A stretch of DNA of 64,000 nt from an uncultured Gemmatimonadales bacterium (GCA_963730185.1 CAVSQW010000014.1:128001-192000), one strand, 5' to 3'. Shown: positions 47,132-56,746, counted from the first letter of the stretch. Made by a program: numbers and translations. Notes: generated by a model not told the origin, from the letters alone.

Positions 47132-47713
47132 ATGGTGACCACGGCGCGGAAAAAGCTGATGGAGGCCGCGGAGGCCGAGATGCTGACCAAGGGTTACTCC
47201 GGCACGACGGTGGACGAGATCTGTGAACGTGCCGCGGTGAGCAAGGGAAGCTTTTACCACTTCTTCTCCTCCAAGGAGGATCTCGGCCTGGCGGTGCTCG
47301 ATGCGTTCTACGAGCGCAACCGCGAGGTCGTGTCCCGGGTCCCCGCCGCCGCCGGCGATCCGCGCAGCCGCGCGCTCGCACTCGCCGATCATCTCATCGC
47401 CTCGGCCGGCACGATGTGGGGAGGTGGCTGCCTCCTCGGCACGTTCGCGCTCGAGCTCGCGGAAACGAATCCCACGGTCGCCGCTGCGGTGTCGAACAAG
47501 TTTCGAACGCTCACCGCGGCGCTCGCTCAGGGCTTCGCTCCGCTTGCCCGGGCCGGCGACGATCCGACGCAGATTGCCGAGGGGTTCATCGTCACGGTGG
47601 AGGGGGCGCTGGTGCTGGCACGCGCGCACGGTGATTGGAGCTATGTAGACCGGGCGTTGCAGCGGTTTCGCCGCTCGGTGGGGGCATCGCCGAGGGGGGG
47701 CGAAGTAGGGTGA
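47132..47713 (+). CDS. TetR/AcrR family regulator (NemR/LmrA-like)
   Basis: KGYSGTTVDEIC...KGSFYHFF; GGCLLG; EGALVLAR. Confidence 0.92.
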   Translation: MVTTARKKLMEAAEAEMLTKGYSGTTVDEICERAAVSKGSFYHFFSSKEDLGLAVLDAFYERNREVVSRVPAAAGDPRSRALALADHLIASAGTMWGGGCLLGTFALELAETNPTVAAAVSNKFRTLTAALAQGFAPLARAGDDPTQIAEGFIVTVEGALVLARAHGDWSYVDRALQRFRRSVGASPRGGEVG

Positions 47714-47813
47714 CGTTGCAGGGCCGGTCCTCCGGCCCGCTGTCCGGGCTCGGGCGCGGGGTCGCTGGCTCGCTCACGAGGGAATGCAATTACTCGCGAA
47801 GCGGCCTTGCATC

Positions 47814-48278
47814 CTAGCTGGGAAAGTCTCGGGCGCGGATGCCGTCCGGTGCTCTACGGGCGCGGCGCAGTCGAGTCTCAGGGCGCTTGGCCTCGGCCAC
47901 GTACGACGCCCAGGCGCGGCGATGGGACGGCGGAAGCCCGTCATACAGAGCTGCCGCCTCGGGATCGTCCTCGAGCACGGCCCGGAGTTCATCGGGAACG
48001 GGTACCGGTGGAGGGGCCGCGTCCAATTCCAATGCTGCGTCGACGGTGTCTCCACGGTTGAGTCCTGCCTTTTCACGGAAGGCTCGCGGGATCGGCACCC
48101 GCAGGGCGCCCTCGCCTCTGGACGCGGTGCCGCGGAATGCGTAGCCAGATATGGTCCCTCGGACGGGCTTCTGGCCCGGCCCCCATCTCATCGCCAGATC
48201 CGGTGGGATGACGAGGAACGTCCACGCCGTATATGGGCGTTTTCTTCCGGACACGAGCGTCGCCTGAAACCGGTGCAT
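47814..48278 (-). CDS. DUF1905 + YdeI/OmpD-associated (OmdA) protein
   Basis: PVRGTI.G..FR...GD.V; VPDEL..L...LPPSHRR...EAKRPETRLRR. Confidence 0.85.
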   Translation of the reverse strand: MHRFQATLVSGRKRPYTAWTFLVIPPDLAMRWGPGQKPVRGTISGYAFRGTASRGEGALRVPIPRAFREKAGLNRGDTVDAALELDAAPPPVPVPDELRAVLEDDPEAAALYDGLPPSHRRAWASYVAEAKRPETRLRRARRAPDGIRARDFPS

Positions 48279-48306
48279 TCGTGGCCCCTTCGGTAACTCT
48301 GACGCC

Positions 48307-48340
48307 GTCCAACGATTCAACCTCGACTGGCGGGCGCCGC
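48307..48340 (-). mobile_element. Right arm of a truncated attC-like site
   Basis: Minus strand gcgcccgccagtcgaggttgaatc-GTTGGAC, 29 bp before the next ATG. Confidence 0.5.
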
Positions 48341-48346
48341 ATCGGG

Positions 48347-48949
48347 CTACGATCGCCAGGCCGTGAACCACCTGACGACCGTCCAGCGCTGGCCGTCCGA
48401 ACCGAGGGCCAGGACGGCGTAGACGCCGTGGCCGCAGCGTGGACCACATCGCATGCTGACCGTTGTCGCGGCGCTCCGACCATCGAGGGCGACGTGGAAC
48501 GGTGACACGGTCACAAGGTACTGGGAGGGGAACCTGGCCCGGAAGGCTGCCCAGAAGCTGGCCGCTCCGGCGGCGGCGAACGATCGGCGAACGGTATCCG
48601 GCAGGAATGTCGCATTCTCGGGCACGTCCGCGGGTGTCCAGACACCAGACGTCGTGTCCGCCACCCTCAACGCCGCCGCGAGGCCCTGGGGCAACGAATC
48701 CAAGGCATCTCCGCCGCACGGTATCTCGCGAAAGCGGGCCGCTTCCTCGGTTCCGCAGGTCGGTCCCTTCAGTGAGGCGAGGGGGAGTGGCGCAGTCACG
48801 GCGGCCCGTTCGGCGAGGAGGACACCGTGCCCTGGGTGGAGGTCCAGCACACGTTGAGCAATCGCCTGGAGCAATCTGCGGGCGGGGACCGGCGGCGTCG
48901 GGGGGGCACCCGCTTGTAGTGTGGTCCAGGCAAATAGCAGGGTCAGCAT
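48347..48949 (-). CDS. Hypothetical exported protein (cassette-like)
   Basis: GAGGT SD, signal peptide, C-terminal CGPRCGHG; lies between attC-like sites. Confidence 0.6.
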   Translation of the reverse strand: MLTLLFAWTTLQAGAPPTPPVPARRLLQAIAQRVLDLHPGHGVLLAERAAVTAPLPLASLKGPTCGTEEAARFREIPCGGDALDSLPQGLAAALRVADTTSGVWTPADVPENATFLPDTVRRSFAAAGAASFWAAFRARFPSQYLVTVSPFHVALDGRSAATTVSMRCGPRCGHGVYAVLALGSDGQRWTVVRWFTAWRS

Positions 48950-48969
48950 GCATCGACCTCGGTGATGCG

Positions 48970-49156
48970 CCCTAACGACGTATTCCTGAGCTGCGAGGCC
49001 GCGACGCCCAGGCGCCGCTGCCGCCCAAGGACCAATATGGAGCGGCGGCGCCCGCGGCGCTACAGAGTGGCAAGAGGAGAGGCGCGAGGGCTGATCGCGA
49101 TCACCCGCGTTGCGGCGGGTCGCGCCGCGCGGTCGGGCCTTATCCCCGGGTTAGCC
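48970..49156 (-). mobile_element. Integron attC-like site (arms look chimeric)
   Basis: Minus strand GGCTAAC-ccggggataaggcc ... ggcctcgcagctcaggaatacgtc-GTTAGGG; about 22 bp after a stop and 21 bp before the next ATG. Confidence 0.62.
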
Positions 49157-49177
49157 TGCCATGCTGCCCGGCAGCCC

Positions 49178-49618
49178 CTATTCGTTGCGGAGCTGAAAGA
49201 AGGCAAGGACATACCCGTCAGCATCGATGACCTCGAAGCCCCATAGCCCCTGGTCGATGAACGACAACTCCTTCACGAAGGACACGCCCCGCTCCTTGAA
49301 CTCGTGGAAGAGGGTGTCGGGGTCCAAGGTGTAGATGGCTGCGTCCCAACGAGCCCACTCGTGTCGGGTGCGGTTTGGGCTCGGAAGGACGTCGGGGAGG
49401 ATCGCCTTGAGCATGATGCCGATGCCGTCGCGGCTCACCCTGCCGTAGTACGGACCTCCTTCCGGGCCTTGGAAGTCGAGTTGGAAGCCCATCCGCTCGA
49501 GGTAGTAGGAGACCGAGGCAGGGAGGTCTTTCACGATGAAGCACGGACTGATCGATGCGAGGTTGCGAGCCGTCGCTTCCGAGTCTGGCCGTTGTGGGCC
49601 GGAGTGCGTGGAGCCCAT
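49178..49618 (-). CDS. VOC/glyoxalase (bleomycin-resistance-like) protein
   Basis: ISP.FIVKDLPASVSYY..RMGF; GFEVIDADGYVLAF. Confidence 0.88.
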   Translation of the reverse strand: MGSTHSGPQRPDSEATARNLASISPCFIVKDLPASVSYYLERMGFQLDFQGPEGGPYYGRVSRDGIGIMLKAILPDVLPSPNRTRHEWARWDAAIYTLDPDTLFHEFKERGVSFVKELSFIDQGLWGFEVIDADGYVLAFFQLRNE

Positions 49619-49635
49619 GTCGTTGTGCCCCCGAT

Positions 49636-49677
49636 TTCAGTGCACGCGCGCCCGACTGCGGCGTGCGCTGGTTAGGC
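49636..49677 (-). mobile_element. Left arm of a truncated attC-like site
   Basis: Minus strand GCCTAAC 12 bp after the DinB stop; shares gggcgcgcg(g/t)gcact with the left arm of the 35434-35518 site. Confidence 0.55.
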
Positions 49678-49689
49678 GCCGCCGCGCAG

Positions 49690-50169
49690 TCACCGCCCGA
49701 GTGCACTTCGGATCCGGGCCAGGTGGTGCCAACTGTGGCGGACGGCGTGATCCTCAAGTACGAACTGCGCCGTGACCGGAGCATCGAAGCTGAGGGAGAA
49801 GGGCGCGGCCCGATCCAACTCTTCGTCACTGAACGCGCGTACCGCCTCGGCGGCTCGTTTGCTGTTCCGTCGGAGGAGGTCGAGGGCCTCCGCCTTCGTG
49901 ACGCCGGCATGCTCCTGCGCGTGCTTGGCGTTCATCTCGGCGACGGCCTCCCAGGTGACGCCCGCGACGGCCTTCCCGGAGGCAATCGTTCGCGCCAGAT
50001 CAACCTCGATTGGGTAGACATTGGCGACGTGATGAACGATGACGCCAATGGTACGACCATCCCTGACGGTGGTGCGCCATTCGGTGTCGGATAACGGCTC
50101 GGCAAAGGCGGCTAGACCGGCAGCTCCCTGTTCGACGCGGTTGGCAAGTGCGTCAGCACGGCGACCCAT
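49690..50169 (-). CDS. DinB-like protein
   Basis: GGAGGT SD; RTIGVIVHHVA; HSWHHLARI. Confidence 0.82.
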   Translation of the reverse strand: MGRRADALANRVEQGAAGLAAFAEPLSDTEWRTTVRDGRTIGVIVHHVANVYPIEVDLARTIASGKAVAGVTWEAVAEMNAKHAQEHAGVTKAEALDLLRRNSKRAAEAVRAFSDEELDRAAPFSLSFDAPVTAQFVLEDHAVRHSWHHLARIRSALGR

Positions 50170-50490
50170 AGGACACCTCCATCAGGTATTAGGCACGGCA
50201 GCAGGTGCACCAAAGCCAAGGTGGCCCTTCACGACCCGGTGTTCAGCGGCGCAGGTCGGGCTCGGCCGCGCAAGCAGCGGCACAGCTGGCCACGATGCTG
50301 CCCGCGAGGGCACGGCCTCAGGACCGGCGACTCCCCCGAAATGCAATGTACCGGGTTCGCGCGTCGAGGCAGACCCTCGCGAGAGGTCGCGGAACACGTC
50401 CTCGTCCGGGGAACCTGAGCTATGACGTGCGCCAAGGGCGAGGCGAGGTGCCAGCGTGGGGAGGGCAACATCCACGGATTGGGACCGCCT

Positions 50491-52017
50491 TCAGGAGCCC
50501 GGCCCGCTCCCGCGCTCGTCACTCCGCTTGAACTCCCCGAACTGGTCGATCGACACCGTTGCCGGCTGCCCGTCCCGCCCGATGGTGAACGTCGCGAAGC
50601 TGTCGCCGAAGAGCGGGAACTTCCGCCAGTGCACCCGGAAGGTGTCGTAGTGCCAGTGGGTCAGGTCCCCGGTGAACTGGGGTCCGTAGCGGAGTACCAG
50701 CGTCCCGTTCTCCAGCGCGATCTTCATCGTCCCGAAGGCGCTGTCGGCATAGCTGCCGGCGTAGCGGCCCAGCGCCAGCGACGGCGACGTGCCCTTCACG
50801 TGGCTTGCCTCGAGCCGTTCGGCCGCGGCCTGGACCCGCGTGGCGGCCCGCTCGCGCGACTTCCGTAACGCGGTGATCTTGTCCGGCGCACCGCCGCCCA
50901 GGTACCGGTCGAAGATCGCGTAGCCGAGTGCGGACGGCAGGGGTGACGAGTTGAGGTTGGTGAGGATCACGACGCCGACCTGCTCGTCGGGCATCATCGC
51001 GACCCAGGCCGTCATGCCGTCGATGTTGCCGCCGTGGTGGACGAGGAATTGGCCCCGGTAGTCCTCGAGGAACCAGCCAATCCCGTAGGCCGCGAAATGG
51101 GCTTCTCGGTTGCCGGCCGGCGCGCTGCCCCGGATCAGGAACTGCGGCCGGTGGGTCTCGTCGAAAGCTTTCCCGCCGAGGAGCGGCTTCCCGTCGAGCT
51201 TGCCGCCGGCCAGCTGGAACCGGAGCCACTGCGCCATGTCGAGCACGTTGGAGTTGATGGCGCCGGCCGGCGCCACCACGTCGACGTTCCGGTGCTGAAT
51301 GGCGCGCAAGGTGTCGTCAATCTCGGCGTGGGGCGCGGCCAGGTTCGAGACGCCCGCGAGCTCTCGCACCGAGGTGCTCGATTCCCGCATGCCGAGGGGC
51401 GCGAAAATCCGCCGCTCGACGAAATCACCCCAGGAGGAGGCGCCCGACGCCTCCACCAGCGCCATTCCCGCCGCCAGGTACATCAGATTCTGGTATCCGA
51501 ACTGGGTCCGGAAGCTCGAGCTCGGCTTGACGAACCGGAGCCGCCGGAGGAGCTCCCGGCTGTCGAACTGCTCGCTGATCCAGACCAGATCGGTGCGGGC
51601 GAGCCCGCTCCGGTGGGTGAGCGCGTCGCGGAGGGTGAACTCGCGGGTGACCCAGGGGTCGGAGAGCCGGAAATCGGGGAGGTAGGTCGTGAGCGGGGCG
51701 TCCCAGGCCATCTTGCCCTGGTCGACCATCATCGCGACGCCGAGACCGGTGAAGGCCTTGGAGGAGGAGCCGATGGCGAAAATGGTGTGGGGGTCGACCG
51801 GGGTGGACTCGCCGAGCCGCCTCACGCCAAAGCCCTTGGCGTAGACGACCGAGTCGTGGCTCACGATCGCGACGGCGAGACCCGGGTTCTCGAAGCTCCC
51901 GAGGGCGGCGGAGACGTAGTCGTCCAGACCGGTCAGCGGCGATTGCTGGGCGGCCGCCGTCGAGACGAGGCCGGCGAGCAGGAGGGCGAGGCTGAGCGTT
52001 CGGTTAACGATGCGCAT
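50491..52017 (-). CDS. Serine hydrolase (beta-lactamase class C/S12 family) with DUF3471-like tail
   Basis: Signal peptide, SSSK, YQN, HHGG; YAGSY...FG tail. Confidence 0.9.
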   Translation of the reverse strand: MRIVNRTLSLALLLAGLVSTAAAQQSPLTGLDDYVSAALGSFENPGLAVAIVSHDSVVYAKGFGVRRLGESTPVDPHTIFAIGSSSKAFTGLGVAMMVDQGKMAWDAPLTTYLPDFRLSDPWVTREFTLRDALTHRSGLARTDLVWISEQFDSRELLRRLRFVKPSSSFRTQFGYQNLMYLAAGMALVEASGASSWGDFVERRIFAPLGMRESSTSVRELAGVSNLAAPHAEIDDTLRAIQHRNVDVVAPAGAINSNVLDMAQWLRFQLAGGKLDGKPLLGGKAFDETHRPQFLIRGSAPAGNREAHFAAYGIGWFLEDYRGQFLVHHGGNIDGMTAWVAMMPDEQVGVVILTNLNSSPLPSALGYAIFDRYLGGGAPDKITALRKSRERAATRVQAAAERLEASHVKGTSPSLALGRYAGSYADSAFGTMKIALENGTLVLRYGPQFTGDLTHWHYDTFRVHWRKFPLFGDSFATFTIGRDGQPATVSIDQFGEFKRSDERGSGPGS

Positions 52018-52081
52018 GGTCAATCGGGGTTGACGGGATGATGAGCCGGCGGGACGTTGGACTCGGGCAGGGCGGCGGTCG

Positions 52082-53731
52082 TCACGGCGTGCCGGCCGAC
52101 CGGCGTCCGAGCGCCCCGTGGTAGCCGGGTCCCCGGAGCGCGCGGCCGGGCAGGGCGTCGGTCGTCGCGCCATCCGCGACCACGGCGACGCCGTTGACGA
52201 AGAGCCACCGGACGCCCTCGGCGTAGTGATTGGGGTCCTCGAACGTGGCCCGGTCGATGATCGTCTTCGGGTCGAAGACCACGACGTCGGCGGCGAGACC
52301 GGGGGCGATCCGGCCCCGGTCGGTGAGCCCGGTGATCGAGGCCGGAAGCGAGGTGAGCCGCCGGACGGCCTCTTCCAGGGACATCAGCTTCTCCTCCCGG
52401 ACGTAGTGTCCCAGCCACCGCGGGAAGGTGCCGAGCATCCGGGGATGGAGCAACGGCCATTGCTGGGGCCGGCTCAGGTCCACCGGCATGCCGTCGGTCC
52501 CGCCGCCGACGTACGGAGCCTGGAGCACCTGGCGGAGGGTGGCTTCGTCGTTGTTCCAGTCGATGATCAGCCCGACGCCTTTGGCGGCGAGGACCACGTC
52601 CAGGTAGGCGTCGTCGCCCGAGATCCCCCGTTCGGCGGCCACCTCCGAGACCAGCTTCCCGTTCACCGCCGAGTCCGCCACGCCGAGCCGGACCTTGTCC
52701 CATCCGACCAGGGCGTAGAACGGTTCCTCGTGACGGAACCCCCAGGCGATGCGCTTGCGGAGCGACCGGTCGGCGACCCGGGCGAGCATGCTGTCGGTGC
52801 CCCCGGCCTGGACCCACGACGGGAGGTAGTCGGCCAGTCCGGAGATCCCCCAGGTATAGGTGTAGCTGTCGCCGGTGATCCGGACGCCTCGGGCCCGGGC
52901 CGAATCGATGATCGCGAGGAAGGTCGGGGCGTTGGTCGACGCGACCGAGTTGAGGTGGAACAGGTGGACCGGCAGTCCGGCGGAGTCGGCGATGGTGATC
53001 GCTTCCCGTACCGCATTGGGGTCCTTGCCGTTGATGGTCCGGATGTGGGTGGCGTAGATCCCGCCCGCGGCCGCGGCCTCACGGGCCAGGGCGATGAGCT
53101 CGTGGGTCGAGGCGTAGATGTTGGGGGCGTAGCTGAGAGCGCTGGAGACGCCGAGGGCGCCTTCGGCCATCGCTTCCCGCACCACGGCGCGCATCGAGTC
53201 GAGCTCGGCCGGCGTCGGGGCCCGGTCGTCGTACCCGATGACGTAGGCCCGAGCCGCGCCGCTGCCGACGTAGCTCGCGAAGTTGGCGGCGTTCCCCCGC
53301 GCGGCCAGCGTGTCGAGGAAACCGCCCAACGTGGACCAATGCATGGCGAGGTCGGGCCGAAGCTGGTCGGGGCCCCGCTTCCCGCCCAGCGGACCCATCG
53401 ACCAGTCCTCGCCGTAGATCTCGGTGGTGATGCCCTGGAGACTGAACGAGGGGCCGTGGCCGTCCTCGAGCCGGTCGTACTCGGAATGGCTGTGCAGGTC
53501 GAAGAATCCCGGCGCGACGACCAGGCCGGACGCATCGATGGTCCGGGCCGCCCGGCCGGTCAGGGCGCCGACCGCGACGATCGAGTCACCGCGGAGGGCG
53601 ATGTCGGCCGGGCGGCCTGGCGCGCCGGTGCCGTCGACCACGGTCCCGCCCCGGATCAGCACGTCGTACTCGGGGGCTCGAGCACACCCGGCGAGCCAGA
53701 CGGCGAGAACGCCAACGGTAAAGAGCTTCAT
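52082..53731 (-). CDS. N-acyl-D-amino-acid deacylase family lipoprotein
   Basis: Lipobox LAGC, YDVLIRGG, PGFFDLHSH, YATHIR, HPRMLGTFPR. Confidence 0.88.
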   Translation of the reverse strand: MKLFTVGVLAVWLAGCARAPEYDVLIRGGTVVDGTGAPGRPADIALRGDSIVAVGALTGRAARTIDASGLVVAPGFFDLHSHSEYDRLEDGHGPSFSLQGITTEIYGEDWSMGPLGGKRGPDQLRPDLAMHWSTLGGFLDTLAARGNAANFASYVGSGAARAYVIGYDDRAPTPAELDSMRAVVREAMAEGALGVSSALSYAPNIYASTHELIALAREAAAAGGIYATHIRTINGKDPNAVREAITIADSAGLPVHLFHLNSVASTNAPTFLAIIDSARARGVRITGDSYTYTWGISGLADYLPSWVQAGGTDSMLARVADRSLRKRIAWGFRHEEPFYALVGWDKVRLGVADSAVNGKLVSEVAAERGISGDDAYLDVVLAAKGVGLIIDWNNDEATLRQVLQAPYVGGGTDGMPVDLSRPQQWPLLHPRMLGTFPRWLGHYVREEKLMSLEEAVRRLTSLPASITGLTDRGRIAPGLAADVVVFDPKTIIDRATFEDPNHYAEGVRWLFVNGVAVVADGATTDALPGRALRGPGYHGALGRRSAGTP

Positions 53732-53798
53732 GTGCGAATCGTCGATGGAGGACTTCACCATGATACGGCCGGCACAGTGAATCCGCCGCCCCCGACCC

Positions 53799-55547
53799 TC
53801 ACCGGCGTGGCGGCGCCTCGGGTGCCGGCATGACCGGCAGCAGGACGAAGGACGGGTGCTCGCGATCGTGATGGATCGTCTGGTGCGCCACGAACGAGGC
53901 GGTGTCGGTCGCGATCGGGTTCCCGGTGTTGGCATTCGGCGCCACGGCGGGGCTGGCGCTGCTGGAGAGGTCGATCCGGATCCGATGCCCGGGCAGGAAC
54001 ACGTGGCCGAGATCGAAAAGCTCGATCCGGTAGGTCTCCACGGCGCCGGGCGTGACCGGTTCCTCTCGATCGTAGCCGTGCCGGTACCGGGCTCGCCGCA
54101 CGCCGACCGTCTTGGATCCCAGCTTCGGCGCCCGGCCGTCGGGATAGACGTCCATGATCTTCGCCATGAAGTCGGTGTCGCGGGCGTCGGTGGCCGCGGC
54201 AATCTCGACGAACACCGTGCCGACCACCGTCACCGCCTGGTCCAGCGGCGCCGATGTGTAGACCAGGACGTCGTCGCGGCCCTCGAGGTGTCGCTGATCG
54301 ACGCCGTCCTCCTGGACTTCCGCGATCGGGATCGGCGCCGCCGGGTCGTAGGTGTAGCGGTCCGCCGGCTCCGGCGCGTCGGGCCTGGTCCAGTCGAGCG
54401 TCCCGTCGCCCGAGAAGGTGTTGGCATGGCCTGCGCTATGGAGATAGAGGCGCCGAACGGCCGCCTCGGGCGGCGGGTAGTCCGTCAGGTCGCGCCATTG
54501 GTCGATGCCCGTCAGATAGATCCGGGCCCGGGGCGCCGTGAACGTGCCTTGACCCTCGAGGCAGGCGTCGAACCAGCGAAAGTCGTTGGCCTGGACGTCC
54601 ACGACCGACTGGGGCGAGAACTCCAGCTCGCCCAGCCGGGTGGGACCGTGGCCATAGATGGTGGTGATGTGCTGCCAAGGACCGATCAGCAGGTACTGCC
54701 GGTCCCGGGCCGGCGAGTGGCGCCGCATCCCCCGCCAGTAGTGGAGCGCGCCGGACTGGTCGGCATCGAACCAGCCGGTGACCGTGAGCGCCGGCAGGTC
54801 GATCCGGGCGAAGTCGGTGTCGTCGACCGTGATCCGCCGCCAATACTCGTCGAAGGTCGGATGGCGGAGCCAATCCTGGTAGACCGGCATGTGCCGGCCC
54901 ATCGCCGAATCCATCGATCCGAGCGGACGATGCCGGTAGATCGGCTCCCAGTCGACCAAGGCCGCGTTCGGGTCCTGCGCGATGTGTCCCGACGTCAGGT
55001 TCGCCCAGCCGAGCGCGAACCCCATGAGGAAGGCGCCGCCCAGGTAGGGCGTCTCGTCGAACCAGCGTCCCGCGGCCGCTTTGGGCAGGAGGCAGGCCAG
55101 GTGGGGCGGACGCTCGCGCGCGGCCAGCCACTGGACCGTTCCGACGTACGAGCCGCCGGTCATGCCCACGCGTCCGTTCGACCAGGGCTGGGCCGCGAGC
55201 CATTCGATCGTGTCGTACCCGTCGGTGGCGTCGTCCTGAAGCCAGGAGAACCGTCCGTCCGAGTCGCCCCGGCCCCGGGTGTCCTGCGCCACGAAGACGT
55301 AGCCTCGGCCGGCGTAGGCGTGGGCGAACGCCGCCATCTTCGCGCCGGTCTTGAGGTACGGCGTCCGGGTCAGGACGATCGGGTAGCGGCCGGGCGCGGC
55401 CGGGAGCCAGATGTCGGCGGAGAGCGTGACGCCGTCCCGCATCGGAATCCGGACGTCGAACAGCTGGCGCACCGCCGGTTGGGCCTGGGCCCGGCCGACG
55501 AGGGTGCTGACCAGGATGACGCCCCCGAGAGCCGGCCCGAGCCTCAC
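53799..55547 (-). CDS. CocE/NonD family hydrolase (S15)
   Basis: IPMRDGVTL, RTPY, QDTRGRGDSDG, GGSY, GWFD, IGPWQH. Confidence 0.92.
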   Translation of the reverse strand: MRLGPALGGVILVSTLVGRAQAQPAVRQLFDVRIPMRDGVTLSADIWLPAAPGRYPIVLTRTPYLKTGAKMAAFAHAYAGRGYVFVAQDTRGRGDSDGRFSWLQDDATDGYDTIEWLAAQPWSNGRVGMTGGSYVGTVQWLAARERPPHLACLLPKAAAGRWFDETPYLGGAFLMGFALGWANLTSGHIAQDPNAALVDWEPIYRHRPLGSMDSAMGRHMPVYQDWLRHPTFDEYWRRITVDDTDFARIDLPALTVTGWFDADQSGALHYWRGMRRHSPARDRQYLLIGPWQHITTIYGHGPTRLGELEFSPQSVVDVQANDFRWFDACLEGQGTFTAPRARIYLTGIDQWRDLTDYPPPEAAVRRLYLHSAGHANTFSGDGTLDWTRPDAPEPADRYTYDPAAPIPIAEVQEDGVDQRHLEGRDDVLVYTSAPLDQAVTVVGTVFVEIAAATDARDTDFMAKIMDVYPDGRAPKLGSKTVGVRRARYRHGYDREEPVTPGAVETYRIELFDLGHVFLPGHRIRIDLSSSASPAVAPNANTGNPIATDTASFVAHQTIHHDREHPSFVLLPVMPAPEAPPRR

Positions 55548-55648
55548 GACGGCCGCCGGGCGGGGTTGAACACCACGCACCCGCCGGCGAAGACGGCGAT
55601 CGCAAAGAGCGCGATGCCCCACATGATGTCGAAGTACCAGATGGTCAC
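55544..55648 (-). CDS. 34-aa single-TM small protein (MTIWYFDIMWGIALFAIAVFAGGCVVFNPARRPS)
   Basis: GGAGG SD just before GTG; its stop overlaps the CocE start (GTGA); below the ORF-track cutoff. Confidence 0.65.
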   Translation of the reverse strand: MTIWYFDIMWGIALFAIAVFAGGCVVFNPARRPS

Positions 55649-55726
55649 GAGGCCTCCGTGGTGAGGTGCGGTCCTCGTTGCGGCGGGGTGGCGCCTAACG
55701 CCTCCAGGGCGGCCCCATTCGCGCGA

Positions 55727-56746
55727 TCACGACTTGGCGCGCCAGCTCTCTCCGGCCACCAGCTCGCGGATCAGGTCCTCGCTGGTCCGATCGGCCGCCT
55801 CGGCCGCGAAGTTGGTGACCACGCGGTGGCGGAGCACGGCGGGCGCGACGGCCTTCACGTCGGCCAGGTCGGCCATCGGCCGCCCGTCCATCGCGGCGCG
55901 GGCCTTGGCGCCGAGCACCAGATACTGCGACGCCCGCGGCCCGGCGCCCCACTCGACGTACTCCTTGATCAGCGCCGGGGCGTCGGCGTCGACCGGCCGG
56001 GTCATCCGGGCCAGTGACACGGCCGAGGCGATCAGGCCGCGGGACACCGGAATGCGCCGGACCAGCTGCTGCATCGAGTGGAGCGACTCGGCGTCGAGCA
56101 CCGCCCGGAGCTCGACGGCCCGGTTCCCGGTGGTCTGCTCGACGATCGCCTCTTCCTCGGCCCTGGACGGGTAGCCGATCCGGAGCTCCAGCATGAACCG
56201 GTCGAGCTGGGCCTCGGGCAGGGGATAGGTCCCCTCCTGCTCGATCGGGTTCTGGGTGGCGAGCACGAAGAACGGGTCCGGCAGCTGGTAGGTCTTCCCG
56301 GCCGCGGTGACCTGGTGCTCCTGCATGGCCTGGAGCAGGGCCGCCTGGGTCTTGGGTGGGGTCCGGTTGATCTCGTCGGCCAGGACCACGTGGGCGAAGA
56401 TGGGCCCGGGCACGAACCGGAAGCCGCGCCGCCCGGTGGCGGGATCCTCCTCGACGATCTCGGTGCCGGTGATGTCGCCCGGCATGAGGTCGGGAGTGAA
56501 CTGGACCCGGTTGAACGACAGCTCGAGCGCCTCGGCCACGGTCTGGACCATCAGGGTCTTGGCCAGGCCGGGCACGCCGATCAGGAGGGCATGGCCGCCC
56601 GAGAGGATCGCCGTGAGGATCCCGTCGACCGCCCCGGTCTGCCCGACGATCCGCTGGGCCACCTGTTCGCGGAGCAGCGTGACCGCGGCGGCCAGGCGTT
56701 CGAGCTCATTCACGTCGTCGTGCTGGGAAAGCTTCGGGAGAGCCAT
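55727..56746 (-). CDS. moxR: MoxR family AAA+ ATPase
   Basis: GVPGLAKT, RVQFTPDLMPGD, LADEINRTPPKTQ, ATQNPIEQEGTYPLPEAQLDRF. Confidence 0.95.
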   Translation of the reverse strand: MALPKLSQHDDVNELERLAAAVTLLREQVAQRIVGQTGAVDGILTAILSGGHALLIGVPGLAKTLMVQTVAEALELSFNRVQFTPDLMPGDITGTEIVEEDPATGRRGFRFVPGPIFAHVVLADEINRTPPKTQAALLQAMQEHQVTAAGKTYQLPDPFFVLATQNPIEQEGTYPLPEAQLDRFMLELRIGYPSRAEEEAIVEQTTGNRAVELRAVLDAESLHSMQQLVRRIPVSRGLIASAVSLARMTRPVDADAPALIKEYVEWGAGPRASQYLVLGAKARAAMDGRPMADLADVKAVAPAVLRHRVVTNFAAEAADRTSEDLIRELVAGESWRAKS

